Assembly (NCBI GenBank): GCA_016933055.1
Contig: JAFGBS010000001.1
Location: forward strand, 270,001 to 302,000
Length of the DNA stretch: 32,000 bases
Source of the DNA: Promethearchaeota archaeon
GTDB taxonomy: Archaea; Asgardarchaeota; Lokiarchaeia; Sigyniarchaeales; Promethearchaeaceae
Direction: 5' to 3'
Under the pieces are notes generated by a model. It worked only from the letters and a program-made list of their open reading frames with translations, was not told the DNA's origin and did not search any database. How positions within the stretch are numbered: the stretch's first letter is position 1; the number at the start of each line of letters is the position of its first letter. Of this stretch, positions 9,320-18,715 are shown in pieces. The position numbers and the translations under genes are program-made.

Positions 9320-10333
9320 ATGAAGCGTGTTTGGTCAAAGATTTTGAAGAATTTTGGAATTTTTATGTTGATAGTAGTTATAATAATGGTACCATCGATC
9401 TTGCTTAGCGTTTATGGACCTAGGCAGTACAAATATGATGATAATAGCTTCGAATGGACCTATAGTGTACCCGAAGCGAGTGAATCCAACATCATATTTG
9501 ATCAACATTCTCATACCAAATATTCAGACGGAATTCTAACGGTAAGACAAAATATTTTGTGGCATATTGCCCATGGATTTAACGCAATGGTTCTCACAGA
9601 TCATAATAATCTGAGAAATTCAGATGATCTTCAAGAATTAGCGTTGGAATATACAAGTGAATTTATTATTATCCAAGGAATGGAGTGGACAACAAATCGA
9701 ATACATTTAAATTTCCTCGGAATTTCAGATTGGGATCTGAGGATCCCATGGAATCCAAGCGATGCTCAAATTCAAGAGGCGATCAATGAAGCTCATTCAC
9801 AAGGAGCTGTAGTAACGGTGAACCATATTCCATGGAGTCTAGAACGAATGCCCAATCACCCTACTCGGCAACAACTACTCACATGGGGTGTTGATTACAT
9901 CGAAATTGTAAACGGAGATGATTATGATATCGACTCAGACTCGTGGTGTAACAATACAGGAGGATTTGGCAGTATTACTGGAACAGATATGCACACTCCA
10001 ATGAATGTAAAAGCATGGACTTTGATGAATACTACAGAGTTCACTGCTGATGCGATTATGAACGAATTACGAGCTAGGAATACAACAATTATATATAACA
10101 CAACAGGGTCGGTTGATTTATCTAAGGGTTATAATAATATATTGTATGACATATTTAGTCCGTTTATCTACATTGGAGAATATTTCGAAAATTTCTATGC
10201 CAATCGGATTACAATCCCGTTCTTCTTCTCATATTTGATAGCTGGATTTGCAGGATATACTGCAATCCAATATGCTATTCAGAAATATAAAGAAAATAAG
10301 AAAAGAATACCAGAAAAAACTGAAAAAAAATAA
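9320..10333 (+). CDS. Membrane-anchored PHP-domain metallo-phosphoesterase
   Basis: N- and C-terminal TM helices enclosing PHP motifs DQHSHTKYSDG, LTDHN, GMEWTT..H, VNHIP, GTDMH. Confidence 0.85.
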   Translation: MKRVWSKILKNFGIFMLIVVIIMVPSILLSVYGPRQYKYDDNSFEWTYSVPEASESNIIFDQHSHTKYSDGILTVRQNILWHIAHGFNAMVLTDHNNLRNSDDLQELALEYTSEFIIIQGMEWTTNRIHLNFLGISDWDLRIPWNPSDAQIQEAINEAHSQGAVVTVNHIPWSLERMPNHPTRQQLLTWGVDYIEIVNGDDYDIDSDSWCNNTGGFGSITGTDMHTPMNVKAWTLMNTTEFTADAIMNELRARNTTIIYNTTGSVDLSKGYNNILYDIFSPFIYIGEYFENFYANRITIPFFFSYLIAGFAGYTAIQYAIQKYKENKKRIPEKTEKK

Positions 10334-10370
10334 ATAAAACAAAACCATACGAGTGTAAGGTAAGGATTTT

Positions 10371-10612
10371 CTAATCAACTGGCACCCTACTTCATTCTAT
10401 AGTCTTTTTCTCATAGCACTACGCTAAAAAGCCTTTCTGAAGTGCATAGAAAGGTGCTTTTTATCGTAGGTGCACCTAAACCCACTAAGCCTATCGTAGA
10501 TAGGTGGAATTTTCAAAAAATTACGGTTCTGACGTTTTGCGATAAATTACGTTAAAAAGAAGTGGATTATGTTACATTCGGATCCTTAAGAACTCAGATA
10601 GGTGTTGATTAG
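10371..10612. mobile_element. Candidate MITE-like or structured non-coding element A
   Basis: 9-bp perfect terminal inverted repeat CTAATCAAC (10371-10379) / GTTGATTAG (10604-10612); long internal hairpin 10416-10473; second hairpin 10490-10504; motifs shared with element B. Confidence 0.4.
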
Positions 10613-10642
10613 TAAATTATACTCTCTTATTGTTGAGGAAAT

Positions 10643-10930
10643 TCACTTAATTTTGAAATTTTGTTTGAAATGTAAAACTGAAACAATCTTTATTGAGTTT
10701 TCAGAGAACAAGTAAATAATTTGATAACTATCAACGAAAATTTCTCTTAATTGTTTGGATTTATCTTCTGGAACGATTCTACCGATCTGTGGGAAATTCT
10801 TAAGTAGTTCAATTTTTTCATCAATTCTTTCTTTTAGAATATAACAATAATCAGATTTCTGCAATTCATAATATTCCAAGATTTCTTCTAACTTCTGAAG
10901 TGCAGGTGCAGTCCAGATTAGCGTGACCAT
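10643..10930 (-). CDS. Type II toxin, RelE/ParE family
   Basis: LIWTAPA..LEEI, LKNFPQIGRIVPE, LREIFVDSYQIIY, IVSVLH; overlaps the upstream antitoxin by 13 bp. Confidence 0.88.
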   Translation of the reverse strand: MVTLIWTAPALQKLEEILEYYELQKSDYCYILKERIDEKIELLKNFPQIGRIVPEDKSKQLREIFVDSYQIIYLFSENSIKIVSVLHFKQNFKIK

Positions 10931-11103
10931 CGTTTCAACCTTTCAGCAGCATCTTCTTCAGAAATTAAATCTCCTTTTCGTATTGCATCCAATCCAATCT
11001 TTATATTTTGTTGAACGTATATTTCGTAAAGAATATCTTCCAAAGTAGCGTCGTCGGGTAGGGATTTGAGTATTGATTCTACTGTCTCTTTTGCAGAAAC
11101 CAT
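10918..11103 (-). CDS. Cognate antitoxin of the RelE/ParE module
   Basis: 61 aa, AKE...LPDDATLEDI.YEIYV.Q.I..GL..I..G..IS.E.A..RL.RW pattern of small antitoxins; directly upstream of the toxin. Confidence 0.85.
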   Translation of the reverse strand: MVSAKETVESILKSLPDDATLEDILYEIYVQQNIKIGLDAIRKGDLISEEDAAERLKRWSR

Positions 11104-11140
11104 AAGATAATCAATTCAACAAAACTAAAAAATATGTGGT

Positions 11141-12145
11141 GTGAAGATGAAATCATGGATTATTTATTTTTTCAGAAAAATAATCGGCACAGGTTATTTT
11201 GGTATCAGTTGTTCGTAACACACATCTACGAGTTTTATGATTCGGGAAACAGAGAAAATGATGATCGAATGGGATGACATACTTGTCGTGAAAGTTCCAG
11301 AGAAAAAAAATAATAGGGATATGGTGCAATTGTACCTTGAAGCATTTCAGGTAGCAGAGAAGAATGGCTTCGCTCTCAAAAAGGATCTGGGGGGCTAAAA
11401 AATCGTATCCCTGAAGGAGAAATATAGTATGTGGGTTCTAACACCATTGTTTGGAACATTTTTTGGTTTCATCTTCCTTACGGGTTTTTTGGTTGGGTAT
11501 CCTTGGATAGGGAAACTGACACTAAAAAAACTATGGCTGAATTAGCTATTGAGTAGTTTACGAGCCGTTCTCTTTTCAATTTTTGCTTATTATGCACTTT
11601 TAATGCTAGATACAATTGTAAAGATTCTCGGATTAGGTATATTAGGATATGGAAATATTTGGTTTCAATCTGCAGGATTGATCTTAATGTTTGTATTAGG
11701 TATTTTCTTTTTATTTGTGGCTGTATTTAATTTACCCACTTATCAAACGCTATTTTCATTCTTGTGTATATTAGTTTTTTGCATCTATTTTTTCGAGTTC
11801 CATCTTTCAACATTTTTCATCGGAGAAAGAGAGGTATTGACAAAGACACCATTCATTACTGTTGCAATCATGCTAGGATCGAACCTTTTGACTTTTCCCC
11901 TCCGTATATTACGTTATAGAAACGATTAAACGTTGGAATTTAAAACCATATGGGATATCTCGGAAAAAGTCAAAAAATTCATTAATTTCAAGAGCGTTTT
12001 GATACTATGGATATTTTTTATGATTGAATCCATATTTCAACTCGAAGTTCTATCCATTTTGTATTGGTTTGGTTTTCTCTAGCTTATTTCAGACAAAATG
12101 AATCTTATCACCCCATTCTCTAACAAATTAGAAAACAAAAAATGA
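11141..12145 (+). pseudogene. Decayed multi-pass membrane protein gene, one frame with five internal stops
   Basis: One + frame (includes ORF 11549-11929) interrupted only by TAA 11216, TAA 11396, TAG 11543, TAA 11927 and TAG 12080, ending TGA 12143. An alternative start is ATG 11429, preceded by AAGGAGA (11414-11420). Confidence 0.55.
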
Positions 12146-12251
12146 AATTAATAAGAATATGAGGATTAAAAGATATGAAACCATTAGTTTTTGGATCAAT
12201 CGGTAAAATGGATAAAGAAGGAAGAAGAAGAAGAAAAAAGATGCAATAAAA

Positions 12252-12701
12252 ATGAATGAGGAATATAAAGGAGATTTGTTAGTTTCGGCAATTAAACACA
12301 GACAATCTAATGTAGTGAGAGAATTGCTTTCCGATGGAGTGGATCCTAGCAAGTTTGTGAACCGGGAATTACCTTTGAATATAGCAATCGAAAATGGGGA
12401 TGTCGAGATGGTAAAAATATTGCTAGAACACGGAGTCAATTGTAATCCTCAAGTATTTTATCCCCTCTATCCACTACGTATTTGCGTGGATCTTGTAATC
12501 AAATCTAAAAATTTGGATGAGGAAAATCCTTATGTAATTATACTTCAATTACTAATAAAAAATGGATCTGATGCAAAAAAGTTGGTGGATGCTAACTATT
12601 CTGAAAAAAGTCTTTCTCCTGTAAGTGGACTATCTACTTTACTCAGACGCTACGGTTGGTACGATATTTTTGAACGAGTATCTCATGGTGGTCCACCATG
12701 A
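12252..12701 (+). CDS. Ankyrin-repeat protein
   Basis: Repeats LLVSAIK..Q..VV.ELL..GVD, PLNIAI.NGD.EMVKILLEHGVN and PL..CV...IILQLLIKNGSD. Confidence 0.85.
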   Translation: MNEEYKGDLLVSAIKHRQSNVVRELLSDGVDPSKFVNRELPLNIAIENGDVEMVKILLEHGVNCNPQVFYPLYPLRICVDLVIKSKNLDEENPYVIILQLLIKNGSDAKKLVDANYSEKSLSPVSGLSTLLRRYGWYDIFERVSHGGPP

Positions 12702-12876
12702 ATTTTCCAATTTTACTACAGATCACCAGATTCGTGGTTTCCAAATTAGGTGAAGTGGTGTTAACCTCGTGTCAATGCTGGGATTCAACCCCACTTTAGG
12801 TTTTATCAATACCATAAATTTTATTGGGAAACCGATTTTTGATTAAAAAAACGCACTTAATTCGGTTTGAACATCA

Positions 12877-14418
12877 ATGGGAAAACAAGACATAGAACAG
12901 GATGAGATGAAAAAACTTCCTAATAAGGAAGAAAATTTCATTGATTGGCTAAACGAAGTTCTTCTTAGGACTGATGTATTAGATTATCGCTATAATCTTA
13001 AAGGATGTGGCGTATGGAAAGGTTATGGATTCAAGTTAAGGAAAAACATTTTATCAATCCTTAGAAATTTGTTAAACAATACACCAGTTCCCCATGAGGA
13101 ATACATGTTCCCATTGCTTGTACCAGAACCACAATTCATGAAAGAAGCTGAGCACGTGAAAGGTTTTGAGAATGAGGTTTACTGGGTTACTCATGGTGGA
13201 TTAACAGAACTTGATATAAAACTTGCCCTCCGTCCCACTTCTGAAACAGCAATTTATCCTATGTTTGCGTTATGGATACGTTCCCACACAGATTTACCGC
13301 TTAAAACATATCAGATTGTAAATACATTCCGTTGGGAAGGAAAAAATACCCGCCCGATGTTACGAGTAAGAGAAATAACCACCTTCAAAGAAGCACATAC
13401 CGTGCATGCAACGGCTGAAGATACAGAACAGCAAATAGCGGAAGCTGTTAAATTGTACTCGAATCACTTCAACACCTTGGGAATTTCATATGTAGTGAAC
13501 AAAAGACCAAAATGGGACACATTCCCAGGTGCTGATTACAGTATCGCATTCGATGCTATTATGCCCGCGAATCATAAAACTTTACAAATCGGGACGGTAC
13601 ACAATCTTGGTCAGAATTTTGCGAAAACTTTTGACATCACATTTGAGAACCTAGAAAAAGAAAGACAATACGTTTACCAAACGTGTTATGGAATAAGTGA
13701 AAGAGGAATTGCAGCTCCTATTGCTTTACATGGAGATGACAGAGGATTAGTGTTACCTCCAAACATTGCTCCAATCCAGATAGTAATTGTCCCCATTATC
13801 TTCAAAAATAAGGAAGAACTTGTGCAAGAAGAAGTAAAAAAAATAGTAAAAATCCTAAGGAGACATTTTACCGTAGTAGTGGATGATCGAGGGATTAAAC
13901 CAGGTTCTAAATTCTTTCATTGGGAAGAAAAAGGTGTACCTATTCGTATAGAAATTGGTCCTCAAGATGTAGAAAAAAGGCAAATCACCATTGTTAGACG
14001 GGATACGGGCGAGAAGTTTACCAGATCTTCCGCAACAACCAAAGAAATCGTGCAACAGATCAAGTCATTATTTAAACAGATATTTGAGGAAATGGCTCTT
14101 AAAGTGGCAGAAGATACAAAATCTCGAATTTTAGTAACAGAGGATATTAATGAAGCTTACCAATGGCTAGAGGATGGGAAAGGAATCGCAGAAATTCCAT
14201 TCTGTGGTTCTCAAGAATGTGCGTCCGATATTGAAAAACGAGTCGATGGCTTAAGGTTTCTAGGAACACCTGTTAGATATTTGAATTATATAGAGAAACC
14301 AAGTAAAAGAATGAAATATGGTGAGATGAATCAATTCACGCGAGAAAAAAAGGAGATATTCTGCCCAGTATGTTCGAAAAAGGTGAACCAGTATTGGACT
14401 ATAGCTAGAAGTTGGTAA
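12877..14418 (+). CDS. proS: Prolyl-tRNA synthetase, archaeal/eukaryotic type
   Basis: [68 protein letters not shown]-terminal Zn cysteines. Confidence 0.97.
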   Translation: MGKQDIEQDEMKKLPNKEENFIDWLNEVLLRTDVLDYRYNLKGCGVWKGYGFKLRKNILSILRNLLNNTPVPHEEYMFPLLVPEPQFMKEAEHVKGFENEVYWVTHGGLTELDIKLALRPTSETAIYPMFALWIRSHTDLPLKTYQIVNTFRWEGKNTRPMLRVREITTFKEAHTVHATAEDTEQQIAEAVKLYSNHFNTLGISYVVNKRPKWDTFPGADYSIAFDAIMPANHKTLQIGTVHNLGQNFAKTFDITFENLEKERQYVYQTCYGISERGIAAPIALHGDDRGLVLPPNIAPIQIVIVPIIFKNKEELVQEEVKKIVKILRRHFTVVVDDRGIKPGSKFFHWEEKGVPIRIEIGPQDVEKRQITIVRRDTGEKFTRSSATTKEIVQQIKSLFKQIFEEMALKVAEDTKSRILVTEDINEAYQWLEDGKGIAEIPFCGSQECASDIEKRVDGLRFLGTPVRYLNYIEKPSKRMKYGEMNQFTREKKEIFCPVCSKKVNQYWTIARSW

Positions 14419-14430
14419 TTTTTTTAATAC

Positions 14431-15957
14431 CTAAACCTCAGGCCATTGTAACCATTTTCGCAGATGGGTAAATCTCTTCCAATTGCTTGGATCTACTTCC
14501 TCCAATTCCGCATATGGTATCCCCAGCGCATCCAGAAATTTCAGTAACTGGGGAATTCTCTTTTTGAAAAGGGCATAATTCATCAAATTAGGCTTTGTCC
14601 ATGCTACCTCAGCTGTTGCAAAGAGTCTTGGGAATACTTGCCAACCTAATCGTTCCAAATTGGGTACCCACTCTGTCCAGATTGGAGTTTCGACACCTAT
14701 AATGCCAGACTCATAGGTTTTCACGGGATTCGGTACTGGTTCAAAATAGAACTTTCTCATTGGATGCATTAAATAATTATAATCAAGATAGGTTTTCCCA
14801 AAAGGACTCATCACAAATTTTCTACCTTTAGGAATGTATTTTTTAACTTTTTTTGGATTTCCCAACCACCATTGCACTATAGCATTTTTGTTAAGTGATT
14901 CCCCAAGAATTTCATTCCATCCGATGATACATTTTCCTTTGGATTCAAGATATTTTGCTACTCGATTGGTGAAGTACACTTGTAGATCCCGTTCATCTTT
15001 CAGATTTTCTTTTTTAATCCGTTCTTGACAATATGGACATGCTTTCCACCTTGTTTTAGGTGCTTCATCGCCGCCGATATGAATGTATTTTGAAGGAAAA
15101 ATCTCTATTACTTCATCCAACACTCCTTCAAGAAAGTCGAACGTTGTTTCTTTCCCTGCACAATAGATGTCAGCATAAATACCAGGTTTTGTTTTGACTT
15201 CTATCTGTTCCCCCTTGCATGAAAGATTTGGGTAGGATGAAATTGCAGCAGAAGAATGACCCGGGATGTTTATCTCTGGGATCACTTCTACATATCGTTT
15301 TTTTGCGTATTGAATAACGTCTCGGATTTCCTCTTGAGTATAGAATCCACTATGAGGTTCTCCGCGGAACTTTTTGGAAAGATGAGAGCCAATTTTTGTA
15401 TCTTTACGTTTAGAACCGATCTCCGTTAACTTGGGATAGTTTTTGATTTCGATTCGCCATCCCTGGTCTTCGGTTAAATGAAGATGGAGTTTATTCATTT
15501 TGACGAGACAAATGGCATCAATTAGTTTTTTTATGGTTTCTACGGGTTGATAATGCCTACAGACATCAAGCATAAATCCTCTCCACTCAAATCGGGGTTT
15601 ATCTATAATTTTCACTCCATCTACAAACCACTTTCCTTTTTTTTCGTACAATAATTGACGTAGAGTTTGAATTCCATAAAATAATCCCTCTTCACTCGAA
15701 GCACTGATAATGATGGAGATTTCACTCACTCGGAGAATATATCCCTCACATTCCAGTTCGAGAGATTCATCTAAGAAAAGTTCAATTTTAGAATCAGTAG
15801 AAGTCTGTTCTAATATAATGCCGGTATCAAGAGCTAAAGTTGTTTTTAAGTATTCAGCTAGATCGGATATAGTTGTATTTATTGATGTTTCTTTTGAGAA
15901 AGTAAAGACATTCTCATTTGTAATTATCTCTCGGGGTTGCGGAGTAATGATATTCAT
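14431..15957 (-). CDS. beta-N-acetylhexosaminidase, GH20
   Basis: EEGLFYGIQTLRQL, PRFEWRGFMLDV.RH, HLHLTEDQGWR, GFYTQ, IPEINIPGH, catalytic HIGGDE, WTEW, FPRL.A.AE. Confidence 0.95.
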   Translation of the reverse strand: MNIITPQPREIITNENVFTFSKETSINTTISDLAEYLKTTLALDTGIILEQTSTDSKIELFLDESLELECEGYILRVSEISIIISASSEEGLFYGIQTLRQLLYEKKGKWFVDGVKIIDKPRFEWRGFMLDVCRHYQPVETIKKLIDAICLVKMNKLHLHLTEDQGWRIEIKNYPKLTEIGSKRKDTKIGSHLSKKFRGEPHSGFYTQEEIRDVIQYAKKRYVEVIPEINIPGHSSAAISSYPNLSCKGEQIEVKTKPGIYADIYCAGKETTFDFLEGVLDEVIEIFPSKYIHIGGDEAPKTRWKACPYCQERIKKENLKDERDLQVYFTNRVAKYLESKGKCIIGWNEILGESLNKNAIVQWWLGNPKKVKKYIPKGRKFVMSPFGKTYLDYNYLMHPMRKFYFEPVPNPVKTYESGIIGVETPIWTEWVPNLERLGWQVFPRLFATAEVAWTKPNLMNYALFKKRIPQLLKFLDALGIPYAELEEVDPSNWKRFTHLRKWLQWPEV

Positions 15958-16099
15958 AGGTTTTGTAGGGTTTAGTGAAATTTATTATTTTGTAGAACGA
16001 AATCCTTAGTTGTTTTCTATTCTCTACATCATTTAAAAATAGAAATATACAAAAATAAGTGAGGCAATATCTAAGTAGCATAATAATTAGGTTGATAGT

Positions 16100-17083
16100 A
16101 TGATCGTAAAAACAACACCAGAATATTTCGAATTATTAAATAAAGCCGTCGCCCGGGAAATTCAAGTAAGTGCACAATATATGCTCCAACATAGTGCGAT
16201 GGAAAAATTAAAACGAAAAGTAATCAAGGAAAACTATCTTCTTGACACAACCACCTATGATGAGTTAGGGGAACTACTTGAAAAAATGGCAATCGAGGAA
16301 ATGAAACACCTGGCAGATATTATGGAACGGATCTATTTCCTTGGTGGAGAAGCCATAACAAAGCCTACTAAGATTACAATCGGTAAATCCATGAAAGAAT
16401 TCATGAAATTGGGAGAGAAAGCGGAGATTGAAGCTCTCGAACTCTATCGTGAAGTTTTAAAAATGGCTAGAAACCTCGGTGATGATGCAACTTTCAAACT
16501 TTTCCGTCAGATCTATAAGGATGAGGAAGAACATCTGCTGAAATTCCAAGAATATCTAGATATTGAAGATGAAATTCCAGAGATCGAAAATGAACCACCA
16601 GAAAACGAGTGGCGGAAGATATTCACAGCTGATTACATCAAAATGTTAAATAAAGCTCTTGCAGCTGAAATGTCTGCCATAATTCAATATACAAATCAAC
16701 ATGAAAAAGCAAGTAAGGAAACTTTACGAAAGAAAAAAGCACCTTTAGAATTGCTTAAGGGATCAAATAAAGCCGAAGTTATTTCCGGGATGTTAAAACC
16801 TATATTCATGGAAGAAATGCAACATTTGGAAGATATTGCGGAGAGAATCTATGAAATCGATTTTGAGGCCGTAGCAGATATTGATCCTTTACCAAAAATT
16901 GGTGAGGGACCTGATGATTGGATCATTTTGGATCGTGAAGCAGAAGATTATGCAATTATTTTATACCGAAGCATTGTGAAAAAGGCTACTGAAATAGGGG
17001 ATATCAAAACAAAACGTATGTTTGAGAAAATCCTTGAGGAAGAGGAAAACCATTATTGGCAATTCGATGACTATGTTCTCTAG
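16100..17083 (+). CDS. Tandem (two-domain) bacterioferritin/ferritin-like diiron protein
   Basis: Two copies of LNKA.A.E...QY..QH ... EEM(K/Q)HL..I.ERIY ... E..A..LYR ... GD..T...F..I...EE.H. Confidence 0.88.
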   Translation: MIVKTTPEYFELLNKAVAREIQVSAQYMLQHSAMEKLKRKVIKENYLLDTTTYDELGELLEKMAIEEMKHLADIMERIYFLGGEAITKPTKITIGKSMKEFMKLGEKAEIEALELYREVLKMARNLGDDATFKLFRQIYKDEEEHLLKFQEYLDIEDEIPEIENEPPENEWRKIFTADYIKMLNKALAAEMSAIIQYTNQHEKASKETLRKKKAPLELLKGSNKAEVISGMLKPIFMEEMQHLEDIAERIYEIDFEAVADIDPLPKIGEGPDDWIILDREAEDYAIILYRSIVKKATEIGDIKTKRMFEKILEEEENHYWQFDDYVL

Positions 17084-17124
17084 ACTATTTTCATAAATCA
17101 TTCGTTTTTTTTTTTCTCTTCTTT

Positions 17125-18666
17125 TTAATCGATTTCCGGGTATTCCAATCTTTTAATTCCGTCTTGGTCAAGGACAATTCGTACTTTTTTCAGATAAGGG
17201 ATCTTGGTCGTAGTTTTATTAAGTGTTCGAACGCGGAAAATTAAATTAATATGATAGATTTTGTATTGTTTGATATATTCTACATCATCTGTATCCTTAT
17301 TCCATATGGGGTATTCTTTAAAGGGGTCATCAGCATATCGGATGATGTTTTTAATATTAAATCGTATTATATCATGAATGTCTCCTTCTCGTTCGTGAAT
17401 TTTAAGTAATTTGAAGGCATCTAACTGCATTATCTTCTTGTATTTAAACACATTCTCTAAATTTTCTTGTTTTTCAATTGTCAATTGGTTTCTTTGCCGA
17501 GATTTTGCAATTTCCTGAGGAATTTCGTTCTCTTCTAAAAATCGCATTGTTTCTCGCATGCTGCCTATGTGGGTTCTTTCAAAAGGGTCTCGGATCTGAT
17601 GAGTTCGATCCGAAATAATTATCCTCAACGTACGATTGGATACAAGCTTAATTAAAGATTTGATACGGTCTTTAAATACATAAATAACCACTGCCGCAAG
17701 AAAAAAAGGGGTTGAATATTCCTGAAATGGCTCTAATAGTAGCAAAGTTAACAAAACCGAGACTACCATAGCTAACCCAGCAGCGACTGAATAGAATAAC
17801 TGTTTTAACCTTTTTTCTCTCTTTTTCCTTTTTTGTTCCAAATATAACACTCTTTGAGTGAATTTTTTTAATAACCCCTCTCCATATTCAAAACTCTCAC
17901 CAGTTTTGATCAAATCCAGTGATAAAGGTGACATTATTTCCTTTCTGTCAGCCCTTGTCGATTCAATGCACTGAATCGTTTTATTCTTAATTTTGTCCGA
18001 TAGTAAAGAATCGAATTTTGCAAGGAATTTGTTAAATCTTATTTCGATTTGTACATGTATGAATTGTGATACATAATGAAAGGCATTTAGAATCTCATTA
18101 TCAATTTGATTCGTTTCCATTTCCTGAGTGAGTTGATTGATTTTAGTTAACAATGGGGAAATGAAAGAAAGAAATTCAAGATATTCTTGTTCATTTTTGT
18201 TCATTTTTGATGAATCGAGTTCAATTTTATTCCCAAGATTTTCCAAATTATCACGAACACATGCTCTAACCATTGCTCCAAATAATCTTATTTCGTACAA
18301 AATTTGGGATTTGGTGCGATTCTGAGAATTTATTAACGTTCTGATGCGATTTAAGGGAGAAAGTGTGTTATTGGGATTAATCAATGCTGAAATTGATAAT
18401 TCGGGAGTTTTATAACGCATATAAAGATTTAAATCACTATAAAAATCAAATTGAGTGTATGTTTCCTCGTTTATATGAAGTGATTTCGGTAGAAAACAAA
18501 ACATTTCAAGTAAAAAACCGTTTTTCCTTTGCGATGGCTCAATAGTATAATCGAGCTTTACTTCAAAATTATATCGATCGTGTCTTTCAAATTCAGGACT
18601 TTCAATTTCATGCTCAAAATGTTCAATTTTATCCGATCCCGACATACTAAGATAACAAGGAACCAC
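17125..18666 (-). CDS. Hypothetical protein with two central TM helices
   Basis: 513-aa ORF; hydrophobic pair LFYSVAAGLAMVVSVLLTLLLL / TPFFLAAVVIYVFKD; start may be the ATG of MSGSDK rather than GTG 18666. Confidence 0.8.
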   Translation of the reverse strand: MVPCYLSMSGSDKIEHFEHEIESPEFERHDRYNFEVKLDYTIEPSQRKNGFLLEMFCFLPKSLHINEETYTQFDFYSDLNLYMRYKTPELSISALINPNNTLSPLNRIRTLINSQNRTKSQILYEIRLFGAMVRACVRDNLENLGNKIELDSSKMNKNEQEYLEFLSFISPLLTKINQLTQEMETNQIDNEILNAFHYVSQFIHVQIEIRFNKFLAKFDSLLSDKIKNKTIQCIESTRADRKEIMSPLSLDLIKTGESFEYGEGLLKKFTQRVLYLEQKRKKREKRLKQLFYSVAAGLAMVVSVLLTLLLLEPFQEYSTPFFLAAVVIYVFKDRIKSLIKLVSNRTLRIIISDRTHQIRDPFERTHIGSMRETMRFLEENEIPQEIAKSRQRNQLTIEKQENLENVFKYKKIMQLDAFKLLKIHEREGDIHDIIRFNIKNIIRYADDPFKEYPIWNKDTDDVEYIKQYKIYHINLIFRVRTLNKTTTKIPYLKKVRIVLDQDGIKRLEYPEID

Positions 18667-18715
18667 TCTTTATATCTCTATTAGAAAAGTCTTAGTAATT
18701 AAAGATTTAGAAAAA

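Noticed and set aside
10523-10532. ACGGTTCTGA, resembling the group II intron domain V 3' strand
   Set aside because: The GAGCCG/AGC catalytic triad strand and domain VI are absent, and no RT gene is present.
11543-11545. Pyrrolysine or genome-wide stop-codon reassignment as the cause of in-frame stops
   Set aside because: Intact genes here end in TAG (2022-2024, 17081-17083), TAA and TGA; the relics mix all three stops; no pyl genes or methylamine methyltransferase context.
12750-12800. tRNA-like T-arm (GGGATTCAACCC) inside a short AAGTGG/CCACTT stem upstream of proS
   Set aside because: No TTCGA loop, D-arm or anticodon arm on either strand; not a tRNA.
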